A stretch of 64,000 bases of DNA from Microbotryum violaceum. Its lineage: Eukaryota. The notes beneath the pieces were generated by a model. It made no database searches. It was given only the letters and a program-made list of their open reading frames with translations, and was not told the origin of the DNA. The stretch is from contig CDLV01000005.1 of NCBI GenBank assembly GCA_001244265.2, positions 1,302,001 to 1,366,000 on the forward strand. The letters are read 5' to 3'. Both the position numbers and the translations under genes were made by a program. Below are positions 42,158 to 53,405 of this stretch, piece after piece (position 1 is the first letter of the stretch; every line of letters begins with the position of its first letter).

Positions 42158-43173
42158 TCATGCATCGTCAATGACAATCTCGTCGTCATCCATCCACGAA
42201 GCTTCGACCGTGTTGCGCACCCGTTTGACGTATTCCTGTTAGAAGAGATGGCACGAGCTTCAGTTAGCTATCCCGAAAGTGAGATTCGTCCCGATTCCTC
42301 AATTTTTTCACCTTCATGTTCTCCCTGAACAACTGAGCCGCTTCAGCATTCGCGGGACTAAATCAAGACGAGACCAAAATCTTCAGCTTCTCCACTCCCA
42401 ATTCCAATCGTTTATCAAACTTTTCTTGTGTTGTCGGGCTCACCTATTCGGATTCGGATCATTCAACAAACTCTGCACCGAAGTCAAGATCGCGGCAACA
42501 TCGTACGTCGGACTCCAACGATTCTGCAAAATATCAAGACAGAGTTCCCCAGAGGCGTAGACGTTGGGGTGGAACATCTTGGAGACGAATTTGACCGTTG
42601 GGGGTTTGTTGGGGTAGGATTCGTCAAAGGAGAGCGCGAGACGGAAGGTGCCGTCTTCGAAGGGGGTTTCGGCTGGGGACATTGAGAGGCAGGATTGGTC
42701 AGCTTGCTTGTCGAGTCGGGAGGGAGGGTCGGTGAGAAGGTGCAACGTACCCGGTCCAAAGATGACGGCGTTCCAGACCATGATGTTATCGGCGCATGGT
42801 GAGCCAGAAATACCTCCTACAAGTGCGTGATGTGGTGGACGAACGCAGGACGATCAGTTCTGCACCGATCAGAGTGGAGGGGGGGTCCAGTTGCCTCGAA
42901 CAGTGAAGGAGCAACGCACCTGGAGGATCTGTTGAGAGCGCCTTGAAATCTCGGACTGGACAGACAAGGCATGAAAACGGGTCAGGATGAATATTGCACT
43001 CCAGGAGCAGTGGTAGGCCCGTTCTCAGTGCTGGGTCCACGGGTCATCCGACCGATCGGGGCGTCGTCATGGTCAAGGTGGAGGTGACTCGATCGGAGCG
43101 AGCCAGAGGCAGATGCACAGAGGAAGGTCCGAGAAGAGTACTTACCCAATCTCCTTCGTGCGGGCGTCGACAT
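42158..43173 (-). CDS. RAD6: E2 ubiquitin-conjugating enzyme Rad6/Ubc2, multi-exon
   Basis: [63 protein letters not shown]. Confidence 0.96.
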
Positions 43174-44510
43174 GATCAGAGCCCAGAGCGACTACGATAC
43201 TGGGGGTTAGGAGCGAGAGAGGCAGCGAGGAGCGCACGCGCTAACTTCGGCCGTGGCACGCGACTCAGCTACTACTCGGAGCTCGGAGGCTCGGCACCGG
43301 CGACCAGGGTGCAAAGTTGTGGATCATTGCATACACCTCAGCCAGTCATCTCATAATTTTGTTGCACCTACAGAAGTTAATCAACTGGGAAGCTAGACCC
43401 AAGTCGTATAGGCGAGCACCGCATACATCGAGTTTCGGTTAAAGCTCGGCGATCCCGGCCCGCTGCGGCGTGATTCCATCGAGTCCCCAACGACCATCAA
43501 AAAATGCGAGGCGAGGCCCGAGGGCGACTGGCAGAGGCCTCAATTCGGCTTTGCATTTCCATGGCCAACAGTGATAAATCACATTAGTATTGACTGCAGC
43601 CGGAGTTTCACTCTGATCCGGAATTTCTCGATCCCATTGCTCCGAGTCGACGAAAGCCGGGCTTCCAACATCAAACGTTTCAAACCCGGCCCCTACATCG
43701 AAAGGTCATCGGTCCGGATTTTCTCAGTCGCGGAGCTTCTTCGATCAGCAAATTTCCAGCCTCCAGGTCTTGGCGACACGCGTAGAAAGAATCGACCTCT
43801 GGTTAAGGGAAGTGGGGATGGCGCGATAAGCTGATGCAAAAAATCGAGGCAGCGTGGTACAACTCCAAGAACAGCCCCACGAGCGCGGCGGCGCTTAGGA
43901 CCGTGATGATGCCCAGATTCCAGCACAGCAGTCGACGAGGGACGCGTTCCGCGCACCGGGCTACTGAGATCGATCCCTGAAGCTCGTTAGAAGTTTTCGT
44001 CTTGGAAACTCTTTTCGTTTTGAACATTTGGGGGTCCCAGCCTCGACAATGATGCTATTCGAAATGGCCCAAATTAAAGTATTACCTTTCACGCGCGTGG
44101 CGGTTGATGTCCCAATAGGAGAGCCCGATTTCAGCCCGTACACAATATGGTTGTATGATATATGGCACTTGTTATGGTGGTCGAGCGGATCTAGCGTTTG
44201 TTAGTTCTGTCTTTGAACAAGACTAGCTGGAATTTATGACTTAGAACTTGAAACATTGCTCCCCCGGATAGGAGAACCCGGCATAAGAGCTCCGATCACT
44301 AATTCTCCCACCAGCCGCCGCGAATCGGCGCACTCAGCACTCAACTTGTGCCTCCGCCGGCAAATTGCAACCGCCTGGCTACCGCACGGTCCTCTCCTTT
44401 CCGTCTCTTTGTACTCTCCTTGGTGTAACTTGGGCCAAGTTGTCTCGCATCTACAAGACACACTTTCACACACACACCCTCAAGTCGCTTCTTTCTGATC
44501 TTGTACACCG

Positions 44511-45411
44511 CCGCACCATCGAGGTCAGCCCACAACGCTCGAATTCTCGACGACGTGTTACAGCGAGTCGCGTCTACTGCCAGCGACAGCCGGGCCTCCC
44601 GCCGCCGCACCGAACATGCACAGTGTGTGTCCGGTCTGCTCCTAGGCAACAGTACCGTGTCAGCACTCGATGTTGTAATTGTCGAATGCGGTCTTGGGCA
44701 ACTCGTGCGCAGCAGCATCAACTTCAGCGTGGATCTCCCTGACAGGAGCTTTGTCGGGCGCGGCGCACCACGTCGAAGAATAATCCAGGAGGAACCCGCC
44801 TGTGAGAGAGCTTTTCCAAAGAGCACTCCTATGGTCGTGCGATCCCAGATGTAATGCTTGTTCAAGTGGGTATGTCTTCAGACAGCAACGGGCCGCGACT
44901 CCCGTGACTCCGTGGCGCCGCGTCGTCATTGCTTCCCCAACCACAGAGTGTACGCACCAAAACCTGCTGTGGTGCTTCAGAAGAATAGCGAGGAGGTTTC
45001 AGCGATCACAAACGAACGATGCACAGACGTCCACCGCTGCAGCCCGAACCCGTCTGAAGACATACCCATTTGAACAAGCATTACAGTTGGGATCGCCCGA
45101 ACAAAGGAGTGCTCATATCTTTCACAAGCGGCTTCCTCCTGGAATATCCTTCCACGTGGTGCGCCCGACAAAGCTCTTTAAGGAGATCCATGCTGAAGTT
45201 GATGTTGCTGCGCATGAGTTGCCCAAGACTGCATTTGACGACTACATCATCGAGTGCTGATACTGGACTGTTGCGTAAGAGCGGACCGGAATACACATAC
45301 TATGCTTGATCGGTGCGGCGGGAGCGGGAGGATCGGCTGTCGCTAGTGGTGGACGCGAAGCTTAACACGTCGTCGAGATTCGAGCGTTGTGGGCTGACTT
45401 CGATGGTGCGG
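44511..45411 (+). ncRNA. Long imperfect inverted repeat, candidate hairpin RNA locus (arms 44511-44883 and 45052-45411, ~168-nt loop)
   Basis: The arms are reverse complements of each other, with mismatches and small indels (e.g. ccgcaccatcgaggtcagcccacaacgctcgaa vs tcgagcgttgtgggctgacttcgatggtgcgg). The repeat is certain; transcription is inferred. Confidence 0.6.
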
Positions 45412-46024
45412 AGGTACCGAGACTCGATGGCTGAGATGACGAATGGGTAGAAGCAAGCGAAGAGAAGCCTTATTGCCCGCGCTCGTTGAAGGTGGCGGGT
45501 CAATTGTAGTAAATTGCAGTCATCTAACTCTGCATTACAAGCTACAGTGACAAGTTCAGGCATGATGAAGCCCGAATGACAATGTGGCGGTCCGTGAACT
45601 ACTCCCGGGCTACGCAAGTGCGATCGATCCCGAGTCGCCGAGGCGCGTGGCCACGCAAAATTTGTCCAACATTCAGGAGCTCAGGAGCCTCTTGTGGCAC
45701 GACGCGGCTGATTCGGGCTGAGGCCCATAAATTGCAAACCGGGTAGAGACTATTTACCTACTTACTACTTGAAACTTTGTTTCGGATGATTAAGGAGAAG
45801 ATGACTGCTTTTGCGTCCCAGAAAAGTGGCGTAGAGGATTTTTCACGGATAGAGGAGCGAACATTATAGGTGCCGTTACGCAGGGTTCGCACTGCCGGAC
45901 TCGCGAGCACAGCCATGAGACGACTCAAAACTACATGTTTGCGCGCCCCTTTTTGTAAGATACCGACATTATCACATTTCATTAGGTATACTCGTATAAT
46001 GTCTAAATAGGGCTAGACTTCATG

Positions 46025-47550
46025 TCAACCGAGGACCCGTTCCACCGTCCGATTCGTCGATCCTGCCCTGACGCTGGCTATGGCTCGAGCCCTGATGGGA
46101 AGCTCAAGGTGCATTGCTGAGGTAAATGTACATTCCTTGAGCGGTGCCATAGTTCCACTGAGCTGACTGTAGAGCCAAGAATAGGCTATCGACCCGTAAG
46201 AGAGCTGGGTTCCGAGGTGGCCACCAAAACCTTTCTCGGTGACAAAGTTGATCTTGGCGCCATTGCGGCACCACGATTGGGCCGTACTCAAGGCCGATTC
46301 GTAAGGTATCACTTCGTCGCTCGTACTATGATACATAAACACTGAGGGTTGCTTTGGCGTTTCGGTGGCATTCGAACCCATGACAGACAGTTGCAGGTAT
46401 TTGGCGACCAAGGGGTGGTAGAGGAGCTCGGGGCCAAATGATTGGAATTCGGTGGAGAGGATGTCCACAAAGGCAAAGTGGACAATGTCCCACACCGCAC
46501 AATGCTGTTTGGCTATCGATAAATCGTCTGCCCCCTTCTTGGTGGCTGCTCGTGCATAAAGTGGTTGCAGTTCTGGATATGCCACAACTTGGCCGGCCAT
46601 TCCGCTGACTGCGAACCCCTGCAAGGACCGAAGGCATGGTGCCATGGGCAATTAATTCAAGCCCTCCGGTGAGCTTCACCACATGCCTGAAAACTTACAG
46701 CCCATATGCCCCCATTGACCTTGATCATCGTTGAAGTCACGTTCGTTGGCGTACCCCCAAGGGCAAGAGCTTGAATATTGAGCTCCGGGGCGTAGGTAGC
46801 GTGCAAAGCCGCGGACCAGCCGGTCCCGATCGCCCCTCCTGAGTACCCCGAGCCACCAATGATCACGTCTTTAGGTAGTCTCAGAAAGTTGATCGCGGCT
46901 CGATAGCCATCGAGAATCTGGTACCCTGCCTGGTGTCCCACCGAGAACGCCGAGTTGTTGCCTTCGAAATCGGTGACGATCACGGTCCAGTTGTACTTCA
47001 TGAACGCGTTCAACTGCCCGTCTTCGAACGCAAAAAAATGAAGAAGAAAAACCTCATATCAGGTCCCGAAAGGGGCCGCCAAACTGTTCCACCAGTGCTC
47101 ACCTCCGTCCGGGCAAAACGGCTGCACCGAATGTGTGTTGAAACAATAGGAAGGTGCACATTGCGGCGCTGCTGCGTCTTGGTACATGTTATAAGCAACA
47201 AGATACTGCGGAGAAGATCCACTATTTTGCATAATCGTCGTGACGGTCGTAGTCGGATTGTGATGTGCATCATTGGTACGGAACAGAATCTGAGTGCCTG
47301 TCCGCCCCGAACCTGGGTTCGCTGCTTTGCGCGACCGGTAGACGGTGCCAGGCTTATCCTTTCGAATTGAGGCTGGTGGGATGTAGAAAGGGTCTTTATC
47401 CGGATGAGCGAAGCTGGCCCCCCCGCCCAAAAGTGACGATGCAGTGATGCCAAAAAGTGGAGCCGAGCACGCCGGCGTCACGGACGCGAGGCCCAGACAG
47501 GAGGTCAGCAGCCGTGTGAGCAGTCGGACTGCGTCAAGCCGCCGGACCAT
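46025..47550 (-). CDS. Secreted lipase (secretory LIP family), copy 1, 3 exons
   Basis: Signal peptide, PDKDPFYIPP, CAPSY, GYSGGA nucleophile, YAPELNI, DEVIPY and GGH catalytic Asp/His; introns 47022-47102 and ~46620-46698. Confidence 0.9.
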
Positions 47551-48222
47551 GGTGTCACGACCGATGGGCAACGACAACTCTGAGAAGAAGAGTGGAATTG
47601 AGTCTGGAGCTGGGCGCTTGCCCCGGAACGGTGAATGCACTGCCATTGCCACAAGGGCGGTCGCCGACGAACTAGGCCGGCAACCGAGACGCGGTGCGAT
47701 CCAACCACTGCACCGAACGAACTCGGTCTGGAGACGAGCGACGGTGTTGAGTTATATATGGGCTCCCAAACAAACTTTCGTGTGTCAAACAGTCTAAATC
47801 AATAAAATAGCTGCCCAAGCGTGCTCCCGCACTTGTATGCAGACAGGCGCCGCTCGAGCCCCGAATGCACTGACCCGACGTCCGTGTCCACGCACGCACG
47901 CGAAGCAGTCGCAGCTCAGTGTGGTGGCTCCTTTTTACAGTAAAATAGTGTCGGTTCACAAGCAAACGCATCTTTTCGAGTTGCCGGGCAATGTCCCCTG
48001 TCGACTGCGCATCAATTGCCACCCCGTCCTTTCAACCTAAGTTGGAGTCGATTGAATGCCACATCTAAAGACCAGAAAACTGAAGTCTCGTGATCGACAC
48101 TCGGTATCGCAAAAGTGGATTTTTATACGATGTTATGGGACGAGGGAAGACGTGGGGGTTATGTCTAGATCAAATGCGGCTGATCAGATCGATGACGAGG
48201 GTATGCGAGGGCAAAAGTCCGG

Positions 48223-49752
48223 TCATTTCTGAATCTTGCGAGAATAAGATCGCAAAGTATGCATGCGAGAGCGTTTCCTGATCGGCAACGAAAGACTAAA
48301 CCCGGAAGTGAAGGAGCATTTCGTAAGGGGAGCGATATCCCCTCGCAATTCGCCATCGAGCCAGGCGAGGGCGGTGTCGCCATAGGCCATTTGAGTACCC
48401 ATATGCCCAGATATGCCCTTGAGGGTCACGAAGTTGATCTTGGCGCCGCGGCGACACCAGGCATGAGCGGTCTTTTGCGCAGCCTCATACGGGATGACTT
48501 CATCCATGTTGCTGTGGAACATGCAGATTGATGGTTTCGTGGGCGTTTCGGACGACTTGGTACCCATTACGGATTTCTTGAGGTATTTGGAGAATACGGG
48601 ATCGTACAAGAGATCTTCGCCCAGAGACTGGAACCTCGTCGAGAAGATGTCACTGAAGGCAAACTTCAAGAGTGCGTAGTTTGCGCAATGGCTTTGCGCA
48701 GCACTGATCTTGGAATGGCCGAACCGTGTCGCGATTTGGTTGAAGCGAGAGTTCAAATCAGGGAATACCGCCAGTTGTCCCGCCAGTCCGGTCATCCCAA
48801 AGCCCTGTGTCAGATCGTGAGAGCACGGGCCGGACCAGACAGTGAGCTGGCGCGTCTGGTGACTGTGTGCCGCCGGGGACCGCAACTCACGGCGTACAGG
48901 CCACCATTGAGGTGCATCAAGGTCGAAGTCACATTCGTCGGAGTGCCGCCAAGCGTGATTGCTTTGATATTGAGCTCGGGAGCATAGGTATTGTGCAAAG
49001 ACGCGGCCCATCCTGTTGCGAGTGCACCACCGGAGTAACCGAAGCCTCCGAGAATGATCTTCGGAGGCAGAGAGAGAAAGTTGATCGCAGCTCGGTATCC
49101 GTCAAGAATGTGGTAGCCGGCGAGGTGGCCCACAGAAAATCCCGAGTTTGTGCCTTCGTAGTCGGTTACGATCACTATCCAGCCCTTTTGTATGTAAGAC
49201 AATAACTGGTCATCTAAACAGCACATCATCGTGGTGGAGGTTAGTGACTGCGCCTTTCCAGCTGACTGAATGAAAAAAGCACATCAACTTGCCTACATCT
49301 GGACAGAAGGACTTCCCAAGATCGGTATTGAAGCAGTAGGATGGGGCACATTGTGGAGCCGCGGCATCCTCGTACATATTCCAAGCAACCAGATACTGCT
49401 TCTCGCCGGTCGGCGGGTTCGCCTGCAAGATCGTCGTTACCGTCGTCGCGGGTTTGCCCTCGGCGTCGACCGTCCGGAACAGAACCTGAGTGGCGGTCAG
49501 ATCCGAGTGACCGGGGTTTATGGCATAGCGGTATTGATAGAATGTGCCGGGGGTATCATCCGCAAAGGTACTAGGTGGGGTGTAGAACGAGTCGGCGTTA
49601 GGGTAAGGAAAGTCGGATGTCGAGCCAGCATTCGTTGGCCAGAGGCCGCCCAGCAAGGACGTGAGTGACTTGGCGCGAACGGGAGGCAGCGCTATGAGTA
49701 GGGCCAGGAAGACGAGGTAACGAGCGAGGGACCACTTTCGACGAGATAACAT
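48223..49752 (-). CDS. Secreted lipase (secretory LIP family), copy 2, 3 exons
   Basis: Signal peptide MLSRRKWSLARYLVFLALLIALPPVRA, CAPSY, GYSGGA, YAPELNI, DEVIPY, SGH; introns at the same positions as copy 1. Confidence 0.9.
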
Positions 49753-50726
49753 GTTATGGTGGATGAGAGGGAGAGAGCGCTGTAGAAGAAGAGTGATTCC
49801 TGCACGTATCGAGCGGTGTGGCCGTCGCAGACTGTGCACCGCCGCGCACTCCTTTCACGTGAGGATTCGGACAGCGGGTAGGCACTCGGATGTGGGGAGT
49901 TTGAGCTGCTTGGGCCTGAGATGTCTCTGGGTTACCTGGGGTACTGCACAAGATAACGTCTCGGCCTTGTTCTAGAGTGTCCTAGCTCGTTCAATACCGA
50001 GTCTAGCACACGGACACAGCGGCCTGAGCTCTTAGGCCCACCCAGCCTTGAGCTGCCCCCCACCGGCCGGCTGTGGATCCCGGGTTTGTCGGCGCCGCCC
50101 CGTACGACACCGCCATTCGACTTGTGGTATTGTGCTTTATTTACGATCTTACAACATTGCTGGCTGTTGGTAGTACAGAATCCTGATTCAGAGAAAGACT
50201 GACCTCTGCGTTCGCGCTGAGTAACACGAACTTAAGACCATTGGAATTGGGCTGCAGGCCGTCCGCCCGCGTCAAAACCGGACGCCTGTTGTAGCTCTGG
50301 AACTCAACGAACACGATGAATCCGGCGCAAGCAACTCTCTTCACCAGACCAAGCATCTCTTTCAAGTTGCTTTGTCCAGCCGAACACGGAGCTGAGCGAA
50401 CGCAACACCCCGCGCATGTCAGTGGGATAGAAGTCCCCTGTTCCTCGACCAGCGCAGAGCGAAACGATTCTCGACCTCTCTTTCCGAATCTTCTTCGCAA
50501 GGTAAAAAGCAAAAAAAAAGAAGTTCAAGGCCATTGTCCATAAATAAACGATAGGAGACGTGAAAAGATCAAGAGAGAACACAAGCTCATGAAATGTGCT
50601 TAGATCGTTATACACAACGGGAGAATGGAACTAAACCCCAGCACCACCGACGCAAACTCCACTCTAATGTTGCAACACGACACGGCCTCGAGTCCTCGGT
50701 GTCCCGATCGCCTACTCATCGTTGGG

Positions 50727-52226
50727 CTATTTGCGGCGACCAAGATCCTTTGATCGGCGCGCCTCAACGGCTCTTGATCTGGAACCTGCAGCCTCCTGGC
50801 TGTTTGCGCTCCGCGACGTTTCGAACGATCCACGGTCGACCGAAGACTGGCTGCTGTTGGTGAGTGCGGAGAGTACGCCCGAGTTGGTCGATTGACCGGT
50901 TGATCGTGAGATCTGCGATAGCCGTGCCGACCTGTTGTTCACTCGCAAGCGCGACGGATCGTCCTCTGGGTCATCATCCCCCGTTAACATCGCACTCCCG
51001 AGCAGGCTCTGCCCGATATCGATGTCGCTCGTTGCAGGGGCCGTGCCACCACCGACCGACAATGCGGCCGGGTACGACGAGGGTCGAGAGCGCGAGGTCA
51101 GGTGACCTTGATCACCCGCAACAGCATAATCCGCGCTGTGTCGTTCACCCTGGACGCGTCCGTGAGAACGACTACGAGGTTGAGGCGCAGCATTGGCGAG
51201 AAGTCCCGAGGGGCTGCCGTCGAGGGAGGTGCGCGTGCTCGCTCGCTCGTCGGGGGTCGTGTAGCCGGTGTCGTCGCTTGCGCCCGAAATTATGCGTCGG
51301 TGCTCGGACCGATCCACGCCACGGTGCAGCGGCAACGGCCGGTAGGCCTCGGGATCGAGCGATCGTTGCGGCGACTCGGCATCCGGGTGGACAAAGTACT
51401 GGTTGTGGCGCCGCGGCGAGCCATGGGAGGCCACCCCACGTAAATCGGCCGGCGGCAGCGGGGCAGGGTAGTCAGTGGGACGGTAGTCGTAGTCGGAGTG
51501 CTCGTTCGGCTTGACCTTGTCCGAGTAGTAGTTCGACAGGATACGCTCACGGCCATCGCGCTGTCCTGTTTGCCTCGCCGGCATGCGACTCGGGTGCAGT
51601 CCTGCCTTTTCGGTCTCGAGCAGCATCGCAGCCGCAGCGGCCTTGTCGTTCCTAAGCTTGGATCGCTCGCTCTCGGCGTTGCGGGTGGTGTTCGAGTTAA
51701 CGCGGTTGCGATGGTGTTGCTCACGTTCGCGCTTCCTTCGCGCCGCGCGCTTCCTCCAACAGCAGCAGGCCACGATCACCGTCAAGAAGATCGCACCACC
51801 GACACCAGCACAAACGGCGGTCGCCCATACGGGCCAATGAAAACCGCCTTTGTCTTCGCTACTGCTGCCTCCTCCTGAGCCCGAACCGCTACCTGCCTCC
51901 GCCGTCGCCAGGGCTATCATCGAGGCGTAGCCGTTCGTCGCTTCGACGCCGCCAAAGGTGTTGGGCGTGCGGGTGTAGACGGGAACGTCGCTGAAGGTGT
52001 AGGCTAGCTGGACCTGGTGGGCATACTGCGACGGGAAGGGGACCATGATCTGGGGCGTCGCGAATGAGCTGAAGGCGGACTGGGTGATGGCCAGCCTCCG
52101 GGTCGACGTCAAAGCAGGCACGGTGCCCATCGCATTGTTGAAGTTGTAAGCACCGGTGCGGGTGTTGGCGGTCGCTATCGACGCCTTTGCCCTCGAGGTG
52201 GGGTTGCCGACGATGGTCGAGGCCAT
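50727..52226 (-). CDS. Single-pass membrane protein (S/T-rich ectodomain, TM plus Cys cluster, disordered cytoplasmic tail); true start probably further upstream
   Basis: 499-aa ORF; TM WATAVCAGVGGAIFLTVIVACCCW followed by RKRAARRKR; the frame stays open ~35 codons upstream of the ATG. Confidence 0.7.
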   Translation of the reverse strand: MASTIVGNPTSRAKASIATANTRTGAYNFNNAMGTVPALTSTRRLAITQSAFSSFATPQIMVPFPSQYAHQVQLAYTFSDVPVYTRTPNTFGGVEATNGYASMIALATAEAGSGSGSGGGSSSEDKGGFHWPVWATAVCAGVGGAIFLTVIVACCCWRKRAARRKREREQHHRNRVNSNTTRNAESERSKLRNDKAAAAAMLLETEKAGLHPSRMPARQTGQRDGRERILSNYYSDKVKPNEHSDYDYRPTDYPAPLPPADLRGVASHGSPRRHNQYFVHPDAESPQRSLDPEAYRPLPLHRGVDRSEHRRIISGASDDTGYTTPDERASTRTSLDGSPSGLLANAAPQPRSRSHGRVQGERHSADYAVAGDQGHLTSRSRPSSYPAALSVGGGTAPATSDIDIGQSLLGSAMLTGDDDPEDDPSRLRVNNRSARLSQISRSTGQSTNSGVLSALTNSSQSSVDRGSFETSRSANSQEAAGSRSRAVEARRSKDLGRRK

Positions 52227-53405
52227 GGGGTAGGAAGGGTATTGGGTGTGTGTCCCGGATCGAGCGCCAAGCCGACGATGGGCGTCACGGCAGCCGAGGA
52301 GCGGGCAGCGTTGGTATGGTGTTTGGGCTCAGAGCGCTGACCTGGGTCGGTACGATCGTCAGGCGGACCGTGTAACAAGCGTTGAGAGCACGTCAGACCG
52401 TCGAACGAGGCGAGGTGCTGGGGTATCGTTTGATCGTTTGCCTCGGTAGATGGCTAGCTTCGTAGATGGCTGCAGGAGGAATTGAAGGACGGGTCGTTCG
52501 CGATCAGTGCCAGGCCGAGCGCGCGTCAGAGACCCTGAAAATCATCAACCCGCGAGCGGTGCAGTAGCCGGACGCCGGACGCTCGACGCAATCGCCCCGT
52601 GCCATTGGGCCGAGCATTTTGGGCCCAACAGGGCGCTGCAGCCATCGCACGAGCGTCGAGCAAGAGTGCCCATCAATCAACTGCATGCACTCACCACTGG
52701 TCGATCGTAGGGGTCCGGTGCGGTGGACGATATAGGAGGCCAGCCAATAGATGCTCCAAGATTGGTGCGGAGAGTCACAGAGAGCACTTGAGGATCTGGT
52801 AGGTACGGTAGGTAGATGAGATGGTTGTGGATGCCGTCAAGAGCGCTGATTGATGTGACAGCGCCGCGAGCGTCCAGAAACAGTCCGAGCCCAGACAACG
52901 GCCTGCCTCTCGGGCTCTGCTCGATTCCAATTTGGGACCCGCGCGCGCGCGCGTGCGGTGCGCATCTCGCCATCTCCCCTGGTGCCCGTCCACTCAAACC
53001 CTCACTGCCTCGATGCATTCCTAGGGCGAAACACATCTTCAAGGGCGCACATTATCGTTGCTACCGCCTAGTGTCCATTCCGAGAGAAAATAAAAAACAG
53101 CCCCCTAAGTAGTATTACTGATATAAATCAACGAGAGCATATACCTGCTCCCCAAAGTTTGATTGAACGAACACGAGAGAGAAAACCTCAGACCAGAGCT
53201 ACATCCCAAGACCAACCGTCGAATTTTGCTTCGACGTTTGGTGAACATGAACAGTAATACACGATCGAGTTGACGCCACGGCAACATGCATGAAGGAAGG
53301 TCGGTGACAGCGGCGTGAGGCCTCCGCCCCCCCCCCGATTCTCGGACTTGTCGAAAATAGGGGCACGTGCAGTGATCACGCTGTCGTGGCGGTCAACCTC
53401 AGCCT

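Noticed and set aside
43803-44027. Short hydrophobic ORF (LGIITVLSAAALVGLFLELY)
   Set aside because: No homology or splice support that I can see; likely a chance ORF in intergenic DNA.
44660-45309. Short similar ORFs in both hairpin arms (..EIHAEVDxAAHELPKTAFDxYxIEC)
   Set aside because: The similarity follows from the inverted repeat itself. Indels shift frames between the arms, and there is no convincing start or recognisable domain. An ancestral coding origin cannot be excluded.
50141-50615. Short ORFs between lipase copy 2 and the membrane-protein gene
   Set aside because: Non-ATG starts and no recognisable content; probably UTR or promoter sequence.
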